Assembly: GCA_964016885.1 (NCBI GenBank)
Contig: OZ024742.1
Location: 232,066,001-232,130,000 of the forward strand
Length of the DNA: 64,000 nucleotides
Source: Eledone cirrhosa
Taxonomy: Eukaryota
Direction: 5' to 3'
The position numbers were made by a program, and so were the translations under genes. Of the stretch, positions 51,801 through 64,000 are shown in pieces. The notes under the pieces were generated by a model that saw nothing but the letters and a program-made list of their open reading frames with translations, searched no databases and was not told the origin of the DNA. Within the stretch, counting starts at the first letter, position 1, and every line of letters starts with the position of its first letter.

Positions 51801-54800
51801 ATTTACCGAATCCAGAAGAATGAAAGGGAAAGTTTCATCGGCGAGATTGGAATTCAGAACGCAAGGAACTGGATTAAATATTGCAAGGCATTTCTGCCAA
51901 TTCGCCACCACCGATAAATAAGAACATCTATATTAACCGACTGAATTGTACCATAGCGGTAACTGCGCTTTATCTAAATGAAAAAGATCAAATAGCAGAT
52001 AGTGAAAACTAAACAAACTACTCTTGACCTTTCCACTCCTATCTGAGGAAAAGATCTATCATAGTTACTGCTGTCTGGGGAGAACTAGGAACATCAATCA
52101 TCTCAGACTATAGTCAACCACATGTTCGCCTAACACAGCAAGATGTGAGATGTTATAGCTGGGTTTTGAGTAATACAGCCCAAGATCAGAAACACATTTT
52201 CACCAGATCAGTCAGTCATACGGTTGTAGATGGTATATATAAATATTAATAGGTGTAAGTGTATGTACAGACATATGTTTGTATTTACCTATTTAATACA
52301 ATTGTAACAGTGCCTTATTGTTATAATAATATGAAGGGTGATGGATTGGCAGACTCTTAGGGCATCGGACACAATTCTTTGCAACATTTAGTTACGGTCC
52401 TTTACGTTCTGAGTTCAAATCTTGCTGAGGTTAACTTTGCTTTCGTCCTTTCGGGGTCGATAAAGTACCAGTTAAGTACTGGAGCCGATATAATAGACTT
52501 TTCCTTCTCCTAAATTGTTAACCATGTGCCAAAATTAGAAATCGCTAGTTTTGTGCAATATAATTTTAGTGTTTCTCTACCAAGTAAATTATATTTAATT
52601 CGTTTTTCTAAAATATTTTTCTCATTCTATGCCTTTCTTTCTCATTGCATACTACTCCCAGTATTGGGCAGGTAATCAAAACATTCAAATAAAATTAGTC
52701 GCTTTTTATATACACACATCGATTTTTACAGTTACTAATATTGATTTCTAGCATAGGCACAAGATCTCCAATTTAGAGGATTGGTAATGGTAGATTAGAT
52801 CGACCCCAGAACTTAGTTGGTTCCTTATATTATTAATGACTCCAGAAGAATGAAAAAAAAGTCGATCTCAACGGGGATTTGAACTAACAACGTAAAGAAA
52901 CGCGTCGCTCTACATATTCTGCTAAACCGCTGCCTTTACTGATGCTAATGTTAAAACACATACGACCTAGAAATCAAGCTCTACTGAAGACATTTCAGCA
53001 AAAGCATGTTTGAAATGTTGTAAACAACTTTCAAGATAAATATAGAAATGAACTGCAATCACTAGGTGAGTGATGCACTATAAAGGCTTTCAAATTAAAG
53101 TAAATTAAATTAAATTGAATTGAAAAATTGAAGCAAAAATTAAAGACATCAAAGGTTTAAACAAGAAAAAAAAAATCCAGAATAGCTAGAATAGGTCGAA
53201 AGATCTTGGTCATTTTAAATGATGATCGTGATCAACAATCACAAGTGTTATTCTAAAGGGGCGGGACAGTTGTTTTTTTTTGGGGGGGGGGTTACCTCCA
53301 AAGAAAGTTGTGTAAGAAAAAATTTACACTTGAAATAATTTAGAACTGATCAAACTAACGCCAAACACTGGAATTCGGGGGAATACGAGATATATTGTTA
53401 TCACAAGAAAAATTGAAAAAAAAAAAAAGAAAAAAGGAAAACTGCTGTTGTTAAAGCTAGAATTTGACAGACAACATGAGGAGGGTACCCCGTGAAGTGG
53501 AGTGGCTGTTGCAGAAGGTGACTCCGGCCATTCTCCGCGGTAATACCTTAGCCATTTAGTCTGCGGGGTGCAGCTGAGTAACTGCCCAAGCTGGAGTGTA
53601 GTGACTGCCCCTCCACTCCCCCTTTCTTTCGTTACTTGATTTTTTTTTTCTTTTCATTTCCTTTTTATTTTTGTTGCCTTTAATATTGTTTTGTTTTTGT
53701 ATAAGCAGCTTTGTAAAATAAAATAATTTAACGTAAGGCTTATTTATCCGTTTACAGATAAAATAAGATTGATCTCGTGGAAACATTTTTTTTTAAATCT
53801 AAAACAGACTTGACAGTCCAACACGAGGAACCTCTACGCGGTCATTCGACCTACAGAAATAGCAGACACGTTTTAAAAAAGGACACATTGGATGATGCAG
53901 TCGTACAAACAATATGCCGTAAAAAGATATATAGGAGGTAGTCACTGTTCAGTTAGAGTTGACCACGAGTTAAACAACAACGTAAATATTTGTTGATTTT
54001 TAAATCCTTGTAATGTATTGAAAAATCAATACAGATTGTATGTAACTCACCTCAAAATAATTTATCACTACAAACAAAATAATTCATCATTACGAAATAA
54101 AGGATATAGAATAGATACAACATCTACAGGATTAACTAATTTTACTAAACTAACATGAAAAATACGTTTCTTATTGAGTAACACGATAACATGACACGTC
54201 TCCAGTGTTGAAACTAGGTCAAGTGAATGACTACCAAACGAAGGTTTTAAGATGCTGTTATTATTGTTATTTAGCCCTTAGTTGGTCCTTATTGGACAGA
54301 CTTATGGTGAAAGGCATTCCAGCCTTGACTATCACGTCTTTTTATATATTCATTTCTAGACATTGGTCATCCCAGACAACATTATCTAATGTGCCCATCC
54401 TGTTTATTTATTAGGACAGTAAATGTCTAGCTGGTCCAGCGAAAACAGAGTGACTCCCTTGGTGGCTCGTTCACTACCGAGCAATGTTTTGTTTTATCAT
54501 TTTTATAACTAAACTATTATTAACATAATTAAAATAAGACTTATTTATGCAACAATTCTAAATCAGGTGGTCGAAATGTGGTTTATTTAAATGATAGATT
54601 GTTTCACACATACTCCAAGAATACTTCATTAGCGGGATGGAACATTTAATGAAATTAATTTATCAATAACTTTAAAATAGTCCATTTTTTTAGAATTAAA
54701 ATTATATAAGAGACGCCAAAACAGAAACAGATAAGAAAACTAACAAATATACACATAATCGTCACCGAAATATTGATTAGTGTTTGTTTTTAGTAAGTTT

Positions 54801-54939
54801 CTTAAAACACACTTCAGATGCACTTGAAATACAAACATTTAAAATATACAACATCAAAGATGACACGTACAAATTATATTGTAATATAGTGTTAAGCATG
54901 TTAACGATGTGAAAATAGTTAGCAACTGTTTTTACATAC

Positions 54940-55110
54940 CCAATATTGGGAAGGTGATGAATTTTTAGTTTGTATCCTTTCACCTAGCCGAGACTGGACA
55001 ATGGCCTGAACTGCAATAATAGAAAAACTCCGCAGGAATTTCTCCAGGTCTTTAGACTCAGAACTGCTAATATTTTGGTTGTTTATTCCGTACATGTTTA
55101 TATTTGGCAT
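54940..55110 (-). CDS. ATG13: ATG13 coding exon 1 (N-terminus, start of HORMA domain)
   Basis: Translates MPNINMYG...SKDLEKFLRSFSIIAVQAIVQSRLGERIQTKNSSPSQYW, resembling recalled human ATG13 [29 protein letters not shown]. It ends TGG|GTATGT (phase 0). A second Met at 55095 is a possible alternative start. A possible acceptor TTCAG| lies just upstream (55117-55118), so a 5'UTR exon may exist further up. Confidence 0.9.
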
Positions 55111-55829
55111 CGAATGCTGAATAATGTTTCAGTCAGTGGTTACGTTTCATTTTACAGAGAAAACTATTCTGATATATACTGCTAATTAGGAATAAGGTTT
55201 GTAAAAAAGAGCCAATTTAAGTACAAATTTAAACCTCATAGTTTATATTCATTGCATATGACAATTGATTCGAACAGAAACATTATTATTCCAGCATTCT
55301 GCCTTGTACAAGTTTTTATCCCAAGAACTTGTCTTATCGAAGATACAATCTGTTGCAAATATCGTATATGTAAGTAAACAAAACGTAGTATATCAGATGA
55401 ATCCAAAGTCCAGGTATTCCATAATATCAAGAGTAGAATTATAAATATTAGTAATGTACTAAGTACACAGTTAAAGATATTGCAGTGTTTGGGATAGAGT
55501 TGGCCTACCCAGAATTCCTGTAGAGTAAGAGTTCTTCTCAACTTCCTTGTACTAATGGAATTCACATCCGGTTGGAGTAATGTGACTCAATGAAGTTCAC
55601 GAAAGAAGCGTAAATAATCGTGTTATTTGTAATCTTAGTCCTTGTTCTCTGCTACAATACTTTAATAAGAATATTAAATCGACCTCAGTATTTTATTATA
55701 TCGATCTCAGAAGAATAAAAGGCGGGATTGGCTTTGATAGTATTTCAGTACATAACGTAAAAGGTCAAACGGAATGTAAAAGGTTTTTATGGATAAAATT
55801 AAACAGAAATTCAATTAGAAAAAAAAAAT

Positions 55830-56348
55830 GTCACAGCTCCGATACTATGGGCATGTAGTTAGAATGCCTCAAGAAAGAATCGCTGGTCATTATTTAAGGG
55901 GAAAATGATCTGAGTTCAAATCCCGCCGAGGTTAACTTTGCCTGTCATCCTTACGGGGTCGATAAAATAAAGTACCAGTAATGTACTGGTTAATTGCTGG
56001 TCTTGTGCCTAAAGTAGAAACAATTATTTAAGGGGAAAATGATCTGAGTTCAAATCCCGCCGAGGTTAACTTTGCCTTTCATCCTTACGGGGTCGATAAA
56101 ATAAAGTACCAGTAATACACTGTGATAATTGCTGGCCTTGTGCCAAAAGTAGAAACAATTGTTTAAGGGGAAAACCAACCGACAGTAGACCCCGAGCAAG
56201 ATGCTTGGATTACATCCATAAGCTTAATTGGTCGCACTTGGGGATCCAGCCGGATGAGTTGGTGACTTGCTTCTGACAGGACCGGCTGGAAGAAGTGTTT
56301 AAGGACTCCGCCCCCACGACCCTCTCAGGAATAGATGGGCGAAGAAGA
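55830..56348 (+). mobile_element. RTE LINE 3' end interrupted by a tandem pair of 5'-truncated Meta-like SINEs (55907-56163)
   Basis: LRYYGHVVRMPQERIA...RPRARCLDYI flanks the insertion; target sequence ATT(A/G)TTTAAGGGGAAAA occurs three times. Confidence 0.85.
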
Positions 56349-59300
56349 TGTGCATGTACATAGATTTAGTTAAGCATGTAAAGTTGAGAGTTGTTTTACT
56401 TTTTCTTCTAGGAAGGTCTAGGAAAAGGGACAATGTGTATGACTTTCACAGATTAATCCTGATTAAATTAACTTGTAATCAGAAACGGTCAAGTTGTGGC
56501 GATCTCGTATATTTTCTTATTTTCTTTTTAAATATCTTTTTCAGACACTATCTTTCCTTTCTAAGACTTCGGGATATGATTTAAGGCAGGTTTTGGTGCT
56601 ATTGCTAGTATAGTAGGTCGAGCGACAGTGAACAGGGGAAGTACCATCAAAGTAAAAATATCGAGTAGACATTCCAGCTTTCTGTATAACTGATTTTTCT
56701 CATTATTTCAAAATAGATTAAGCGTTTCGAATCTGTTTTCTTGCGGCAACTCTACATAAAATCTACTTTTACCGTTGAATGTCATCGTAATATTAATTTA
56801 TAACAAGATTATGGATACTGTTTAAATCTGGGAGAGTTAGAGACAAACTTTTAAGCATGGAAAAACCTAGAATTGAAAGGTCTAAAAGTAAACTTAAAGA
56901 CGAAAGAGGACAGACGGGTGATAGTATCAGGAAAGTGGCCTTGTCCAATGTCAGAAATCCTATAAGGTGCACCAGTGTAATCTATTGACGCACAAGAAAT
57001 ATAGCGGAATTGCAAACAGATTAAGGGAAAAGATAGACTTTTTATGTGGTAGATGGCTCTCGCTGGAATGTTTTGAGACCATAAATCTTTTTGATCAAGA
57101 CTGGCTTGGGATTAAACAATAATAACTGGAAATACTGTAAACTATCATTCTCGTGCTTTAGAAGTTTCTCTCGGTATTTCGACTTCATATTGCCTTCCAT
57201 GTTCATTTGACTAGAACCGTTTTTCATTTCTCTAGAACGTTTTTTTTTGTTTTGTTTTGTTTTTGTTTTTTTTGTCAAATTGATTAGACTGCCATTAAAT
57301 CAATGTGCAGTTTCGTTGTGATGTGGCCTGAAAACAAGACTTTGATTATTTTGCATTGCCCGTTAATGTACTTTGGACTCAATTATGCAGCCAAGATTAC
57401 AGAAGAAACTACTTGCCCATGTTACTGCATCACAGTGATCAGTGTAACCAGAACTGGCACCTGCGTATTTAGTGCCCTAGACTAATCCTACAATGGGCAA
57501 TCCCTTCTCCCAAATGATATAATTTCAACATACAATTTGGCAAGCTGACAAACCTAGTTCTCTATACAACTTGTTCTGACCACACTTAGAAAATTACTAA
57601 GCCTGCATTCTCTGCTTACCCATGCCATATTGTTGCAGATCATAACATTGTACTATCCTCTCCACCACATCTGATATTTCCCCAATGCTGCTACAGAGCA
57701 GAGTCGTTTAGTGATTAATTACAAGAAATTATTATATAAAACTGATCTATTAGTATTCGGTAATGCGTTGACCTTAACCCTTTACCTTTTAAACTGTCTG
57801 TATCCAGCAAGAATTCTCTCGACTCTTTCTGTTAAAACCGGCCATAACTGGCTGCTCATACTGATGTCATAGTATTGTTCTCAAAATAAATAATATCAAA
57901 ATCTCGTAGATTCGATATGTGATATTTATGCAAAAATTACAATAGTAAATATAGAGAAATGTAAATGTTAAAGTGGTATTAGTAGCACCAACCTTGAGTT
58001 TAATTGGTAAGAGCTTTGTCAATTCAATGCTAATAGTACTCTTGGTAGGAGATAACACATCTGAATCTTCCAAGACGATACTGAAATAATCTTATATATG
58101 TCTCTGTATAATCTTTCAAACAAACTCCAATTTGTCCGTTTGTTGGTCTACTGGAGCATTACAAGCAAAGAATATTCCCAACAACAATTATGGATGATAA
58201 AACTCCACCAGCAAGTAGGAAGTATTTATCCACCATTGCAACATATGTAAAATGAAAGTCAAGAAAGAAAAATATGCTAATGTGCAGCACATTATTTGTA
58301 AATTTTTCAAATATGTTTATCTTTATTCAATACATTTCAATTGGATTATATAATGTTTGCATATAAAATAGAACAAGAAGTGAAAAAAATTAAATAACAA
58401 AGGGAGGAGGTAGTAAACTCCACACCTGTGTCTAGGTGGTATATCTCAGCTGCACCCTGCAGACAAATGACATCGTCATTGCCATGGAAAACAGTTGACT
58501 TTCTGGTTCCTTTCCAATAGAGTTGATATCAATTATGTAGGATCACCCTTCCCACCATTACTCAAACAAAATTATTTGTATAATTCCAGTCAGTAAAATC
58601 ATATTTGCTGCTCATTTTGCTTACAACAATAATATTCTTCTAAAATGCCATTTCTCCACTTTACTAGTCTGACCATCACACATAGTATGAAAACTTCTTG
58701 TCACATATCCTAACATGTCCTTCCGTTACTTTCAAACAGAGAACATCCAAACTAGCTCTTATCCTTGTCAAACTTTTCAATTTTTCTCCGTCTAAGGGAG
58801 ATTGGCTCCAACTCATGGAAACACTCAGCAGCACGTCGCAGTCCCTAAAATATTAAAATTTCTAATGCTGTAAACTACCAGCCCATCACACTCCCTCTCA
58901 ACATTCATCTTTTAGTTGTTGCAGTGATGTAGCTAGAGTGTGTGCCATCCAGAGCAGCCATTATGTTAGCCAAATATGCTGACTCCACCTGACCCCTCAC
59001 AAAAAATACAATATATTGCACAGTGACTCCCTCTTAAAGTTATATAAATTATTCGAAAATGAAATAGTCCTTCAACCATAAGTAGTTTCACAACATAAAA
59101 CTACTTTTATCTCAATACAGCTTATACAAACCCAAAAGTGTTACCTAGGGCAGACCCCTTCCTTTGCTCAAAGCTATAATACTAAGATTTGAGGTGATGG
59201 AGACAATTAAAAACCAGCACCATCTTTATCACCTTGCCTCTCCAGTCACCATATTTGTTCAATGACTATCAGTATTCTTTCCCTAAATTCAGATTTTTCT

Positions 59301-59489
59301 CTGAAATTTGGTGACTTTTCCTAAAATTTACTCTGATAAATTCTTACATAATTGATTTTGAGAAAATTTTCCCTGTTGATATAGAAATGGCAGGAGTTGA
59401 ACAGGGAGTATAAAATCATGATATATCTTCGATTTTTCTTGTTACAAAATTTGATTAACAGCCTTTGTAAAGAAAACAATATTGCAAAA

Positions 59490-60848
59490 CAACATTACCC
59501 TAAAAGCTGCCTGCACTCTCACAGCTGAAGTGCTAGTATTGTCTATCAATCAAGTACTTAAATCAGGCTGCCAGCAAAACTGAGCTGAACTGTTTAGTTT
59601 TGCAGCCCTTGCACTCGGGATCCTAACGACAAGGAAACCAACAGCGGGAAAGGGATCAGACCCCTCCCTGACTTTGAAGTTTAAGCGCAATATTGCTTCC
59701 TTCTGTAACCCTTTGTCTGTGAGACTCTCAGCCTTCTCATGCAGCCCACTCCTGACTGTATGAAATGTCTCTGCAACAGAGTCAGCCTAAAACTAATTGA
59801 GGTCAACATTTCGGCTGTGGTACATGTGCTGGCCTCGAACGACACTCATCTGCTATCTCAGTTTTGACAGTACCAAACAGGTAAAGCTCCGATATATTCA
59901 CTGGCCTCGGCCTCTGATCCTCAGCAGAGCCAGCCTACCGTTCCTCATTCTCCTCCAGTCACACCCTCTTCAGCGAGGTCCTCAGTAAGATGGCAGAACC
60001 TGATGTGGCCCAAGAACTGGAGCAGGCTCTGGCCTACTGGACCAGCGAAGGTCCCTCTATACAAATATTCAACATAACTGGGACAAAATCAAGTGTATGT
60101 CTACTTTCAAGCGGATCGAGTCTGACATGGACCAACACCACCTCACCTGCCTCCATTCAGCCTTGCAGCCAAACAGTGGTGCATGGTTCAATTTGGCGCC
60201 CTCTTCATCAACTGGTAACCTTCTTGATGACAATTGCACTCACATCGGAGTAGCCCAATGTCTCTACCTTCACGTGTGTGAGCCACATAAATGCTGTTGT
60301 AGAGCTGTTGTTAATGAGTTTGGCCTGCACCCATTATCATGCTGCCTGAGTGCTCGCTGGTTCCCCCCGACATGCCACTCTTAACGACATAACGAGAAGG
60401 AACCATGACGCAGTCAGTTTCCCATCATAACTGGAGCCAGTAGGCCTTGATCGTGTTGATGACAAGCGCCCCATCAAATTACCCTATTCCCTTTCGAAGG
60501 AAGTAAATCCCTCATATGGGACGCAACATGCTGTGACATGTTTTTAGCCTCTTAGTCACCTTGGCCACAAACACTGGTACTGCAGCTCACAATGCAGAGA
60601 ACAGGAAGACAAGCAAATACCGGAATTTGTCTGGCTGCTTCCTCTTTGCAACAGGTGCCATTGAGACTTCAAGCATCCTCGGACCCTAGACAGCTGACCT
60701 CCTTCATAAAATTGGATTGATAACAGCCCGTCTGAGGAAGGAGCTCCATAAGGTGGGGTGACTGTTGCAGCGTGAATTATTGACCATTGTCCACGAAATG
60801 CCTTTGCCATTTTCTCCGGGGGAAATTAAATTAAATTAAAAAAAAAAT
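59490..60848 (+). mobile_element. Decayed, internally deleted RLE-type non-LTR retrotransposon (CRE-clade-like)
   Basis: SGAWFNLAPSSSTGNLLD, zinc knuckle CCCRAVVNEFGLHPLSC, RHATLNDI, LEPVGLDRVDDKRP..., LIWDATC (PD-D/ExK-type endonuclease region), then an (ATTAA)n/poly-A tail. Confidence 0.75.
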
Positions 60849-61057
60849 ACAAATAACTGAAATTCCATTGAAGAGTTAAAAAAAAATTCAACACGCATCA
60901 GTTGCTGTCCTACGCCATCTTGTGTGACGAAAGAACTTTGACAATATATGAACAACCATCCGGTTGTGGAACCAACTAACCAACCGCAAATTTATAAATT
61001 TAAAAAAAAAAAAAATTTTTAGAGAAAAAAAAAAAAAAATGTTTAATTTATAATAAA

Positions 61058-62732
61058 CTAGCAGTAAAGCCCGGCGTTGCTCGGGGTCGCTCAGTAGCTG
61101 TGTTAAAGTTACAATGTTAAGTTTCTTTTTTGGCTTAAAAACTGTAGTGTCTACTGTGCAGACTTGCATGTGGTGTTTTTGATTAATATTCCCTCAACCA
61201 ACAATATGCCTTATGAAGTTAAGAAAACATAACGATAACCCGAATGTTATAACAAAAGAGGATGCTGGGGATAGAAACTGCACTGGTTATTTATTAACAA
61301 AGATCGAAAATGTAAACACTGCAACGCAGAGAAAAACATTAGCGTAACCAAATTATCAGTTATGTCTGTCTGCACGCCTATATCACCTCTCTGCACGACT
61401 ATCTGTCTGCACGCCTATATCACCTCTCTGCACGACTATCTGTCTGCACGCGTATATCACCTCTCTGCACGACTATCTGTCTGCACGCCTAACGAAATTT
61501 ACAGATACATATATTTTAAATAAACTTATATAATTTTTGCTTTTTTTTACGAAATATTTGCTTGTTTTACGTAGTCTTTAAATAGACTTGTTTTCAAGTA
61601 AAAATATTGTTTTAAAAGGCTTTTAAATGGAAATGAAGCAAAACGGAAGCTTAGTGTTCGAACTGATGAAGCTGTGTTAAAGTTACAATGTTAAGTTTCT
61701 TTCTTGGCTTAAAAACTGTAGTGTCTACTGTGCAGACTTGCATGTGGTGTTTTTGATTAATATTCCCTCAACCATCAATATGCCTTATGAAGTTAAGAAA
61801 ACATAACGATAACCCGAATGTTATAACAAAAGAGGATGCTGGGGTTAGAAACTGCACTGGTTATTTATTAACAAAGATCGAAAATGTAAACACTGCAACG
61901 CAGAGAAAAACATTAGCGTAACCAAATTATCAGTTATGTCTGTCTGCACACCTATATCACCTCTCTGCACGACTGTCTGTCTGCACGCCTATATCACCTC
62001 TCTGCACGACTATCTGTCTGCACGCCTATATCACCTCTCTGCACGACTATCTGTCTGCACGCGTATATCACCTCTCTGCACGACTATCTGTCTGCACGAC
62101 TATATCACCTCTCTGCACGACTATCTGTCTGCACGCCTATATCACCTCTCTGCACGACTGTCTGTCTGCACGCCTAACGACGAAATATTTGCTTGTTTTA
62201 CGTAGTCTTTAAATAGACTTGTTTTCAAGTAAAAATATTGTTTTAAAATGCTTTTAAATGGAAATGAAGCAAAACGGAAGCTTAGTGTTCGAACTGATGA
62301 ATTTTGCAGGTCAATATTTTGCTGGCTCGACAACTGTTAAAGTCAGCGTAATTTTTTACGTAAGACGCTCAATGTAAACAGAACAAAGGGAAATAACTGA
62401 TAACTTACGCTCAAAAATCGATACATTATATTCGATTTCGTCACATAGGGTGGGTCAATTTGAAATATTTTTTTTTCCGATGTCTTCGCTAGGGCTCAAT
62501 GTACAAGTATAGCAATTTCGGTGCAATTCCGTGAGAGATTCTAAGAGGAGATGTGTGCCAAAAATCGATAGACAGACAGACAACCACAGTTTTATATATA
62601 TAGATAGATGTCTTCGCTAGGGCTCAATGTACAAGTATAGCAATTTCGGTGCAATTCCGTGAGAGATTCTAAGAGGAGATGTGTGCCAAAAATCGATAGA
62701 CAGACAGACAACCACAGTTTTATATATATAGA
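61058..62732 (-). mobile_element. Non-autonomous Helitron with internal tandem duplications
   Basis: On the minus strand it starts A|TCTATATATATAAAA with (CTGT)n and ends with hairpin CCCGAGCAACGCCGGG then CTAG|T, the Helitron terminal signature at an A|T target. Confidence 0.85.
61364..61491. repeat. 37-bp minisatellite inside the Helitron (~3.4 units; ~6.4 units at 61937-62176)
   Basis: Unit CTGTCTGCACGCCTATATCACCTCTCTGCACGACTAT. Confidence 0.95.
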
Positions 62733-62924
62733 TTGGAGTGAAATCAACTGGTGCGTGTGTTTCTTATTAGCAACATGACCCTCCCAAAGTATAACAATAT
62801 ATAACAAATATAAAAGATTAATTAATATATCAATATTGTAGCATTTAAATAAATCCGCTAGAAAAAAATCAAATTTTAGATTTTATTAGCTAGATCTAGC
62901 TAGAAAATAGTTAAATTAGCAACC

Positions 62925-63475
62925 CTACAAGAAGTAAATAAAGTACAATCATGTTTAACAGATACGCTAAAACATCACCAGTTTTTGTAAATGGAAAGAC
63001 CATCGAGAAAGTAGACAGATATGTGTACCTCGGAAAGAAGATGGCAAGAGATGGTGCTCTACTTCTGGAGGTCAAAAGAATGATTGTGCTTGGCTGGGCG
63101 GCTTTTGGAAAAGTTTATAAGAAGTCAACAATCGAAACCAAAAGAAAACTGTTTAATGAATACGTTCCGCCGGTGATGACTTATGGAAGTGAAACGTGGG
63201 CACCTGCACCGTAGAGACGCTTGCAATGGCTCAACGTAAAATGGAAGCGAATCATGCACAGCATCACCTTACCTGACAAGAAGAGCAACAGTGAAGGACA
63301 TAATCAAGACCACCAAGTAGGGCAAACATGGATGGGCTGGACATGCTTCTCGTCTCAGAGACTACAGAGTAGATGCCAAGGCAGTGGAGAAGAACTAGAA
63401 GGCGACCATGGGCAAGATAGTGTAACAATCTGACCTGATACCATGACCAGAGAAAGGAAATGGTGGAGTGAGAAG
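62925..63475 (+). mobile_element. RTE-like LINE 3' fragment
   Basis: VNGKTIEKVDRYVYLG...LGWAAFGK...VMTYGSETW...WAGH. Confidence 0.85.
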
Positions 63476-64000
63476 ACCATGGATTTGGGATTTGGTGTCC
63501 CTAAATACATAATACGGATTTATTTTCAATCTTTTAGACATTTAAAATTTTATATCAGTCATTTAAGAATTAAAAAAATATATATATGTAATTTCTCATA
63601 AATTCTTTTAAATATTTTATCCCATTTAACCCTTTAGCATTTACATTACTCTCTATTTACTGTTGTACTTTCACAATAAACACTTTATTTCACATAACCT
63701 TAACACCAATAAGAGCAACTGTTTATGGCCGGTGTAAACAAAGTGAGAGAATTCTGACTGGATGGTCAGTTTAAATGCTAAAGGGTTAACAAGTAAATTT
63801 CTTTGCGTAGCTCCAGGTCAAATCTGATTGACTTGACCAATGATCAAACGCATTCCATCCATGGCCATCCCGTCTTTTTAGACAGTGTTTTATCTTTTGT
63901 ATGTCGATATGGTGTAAACGGAGAGAGATTTCACTGCTATTTCTAGTAAGTCGAGCTACGACGCAGCTTTGCTATATCTGATAAGTGAGAGTTCCGCCAA

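Noticed and set aside
61364-62176. 37-bp repeats resembling a CRISPR array
   Set aside because: Head-to-tail units with no unique spacers, no cas genes, eukaryotic context, inside a Helitron.

Overview
This is AT-rich, repeat-dense eukaryotic DNA. The repeat landscape (tRNA-derived SINEs, RTE LINEs, TTAA MITEs, very long TA arrays) resembles an octopod cephalopod genome, which is an inference from recalled repeat families. The one host gene I can support is ATG13 on the minus strand. It has five coding exons (55110-54940, 47514-46940, 31951-31763, 14703-14364, 7625-7422) with canonical GT-AG sites and consistent phases (0,2,2,0). They join into 1479 nt (492 aa + stop) with an N-terminal HORMA domain, GAF/DIPF motifs, an FVLI LIR and a C-terminal ULK1-binding tail. 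The rest is intronic or flanking DNA with decayed LINEs (RTE, CRE-like, Jockey/CR1-like), SINEs, MITEs and a non-autonomous Helitron, and most ORF-track entries are spurious. I see no clearly new multi-gene system. The best leads are RNA-structure features in the ATG13 pre-mRNA: (1) a 28-nt frameshifting micro-exon with strong splice sites buried in a strand-specific hairpin; (2) a 98-bp palindrome built from half of a hammerhead ribozyme, plus other hammerhead relics; (3) nested inverted SINE pairs around the HORMA exon; (4) a pre-miRNA-like hairpin. All were identified by eye and need computational or experimental confirmation.
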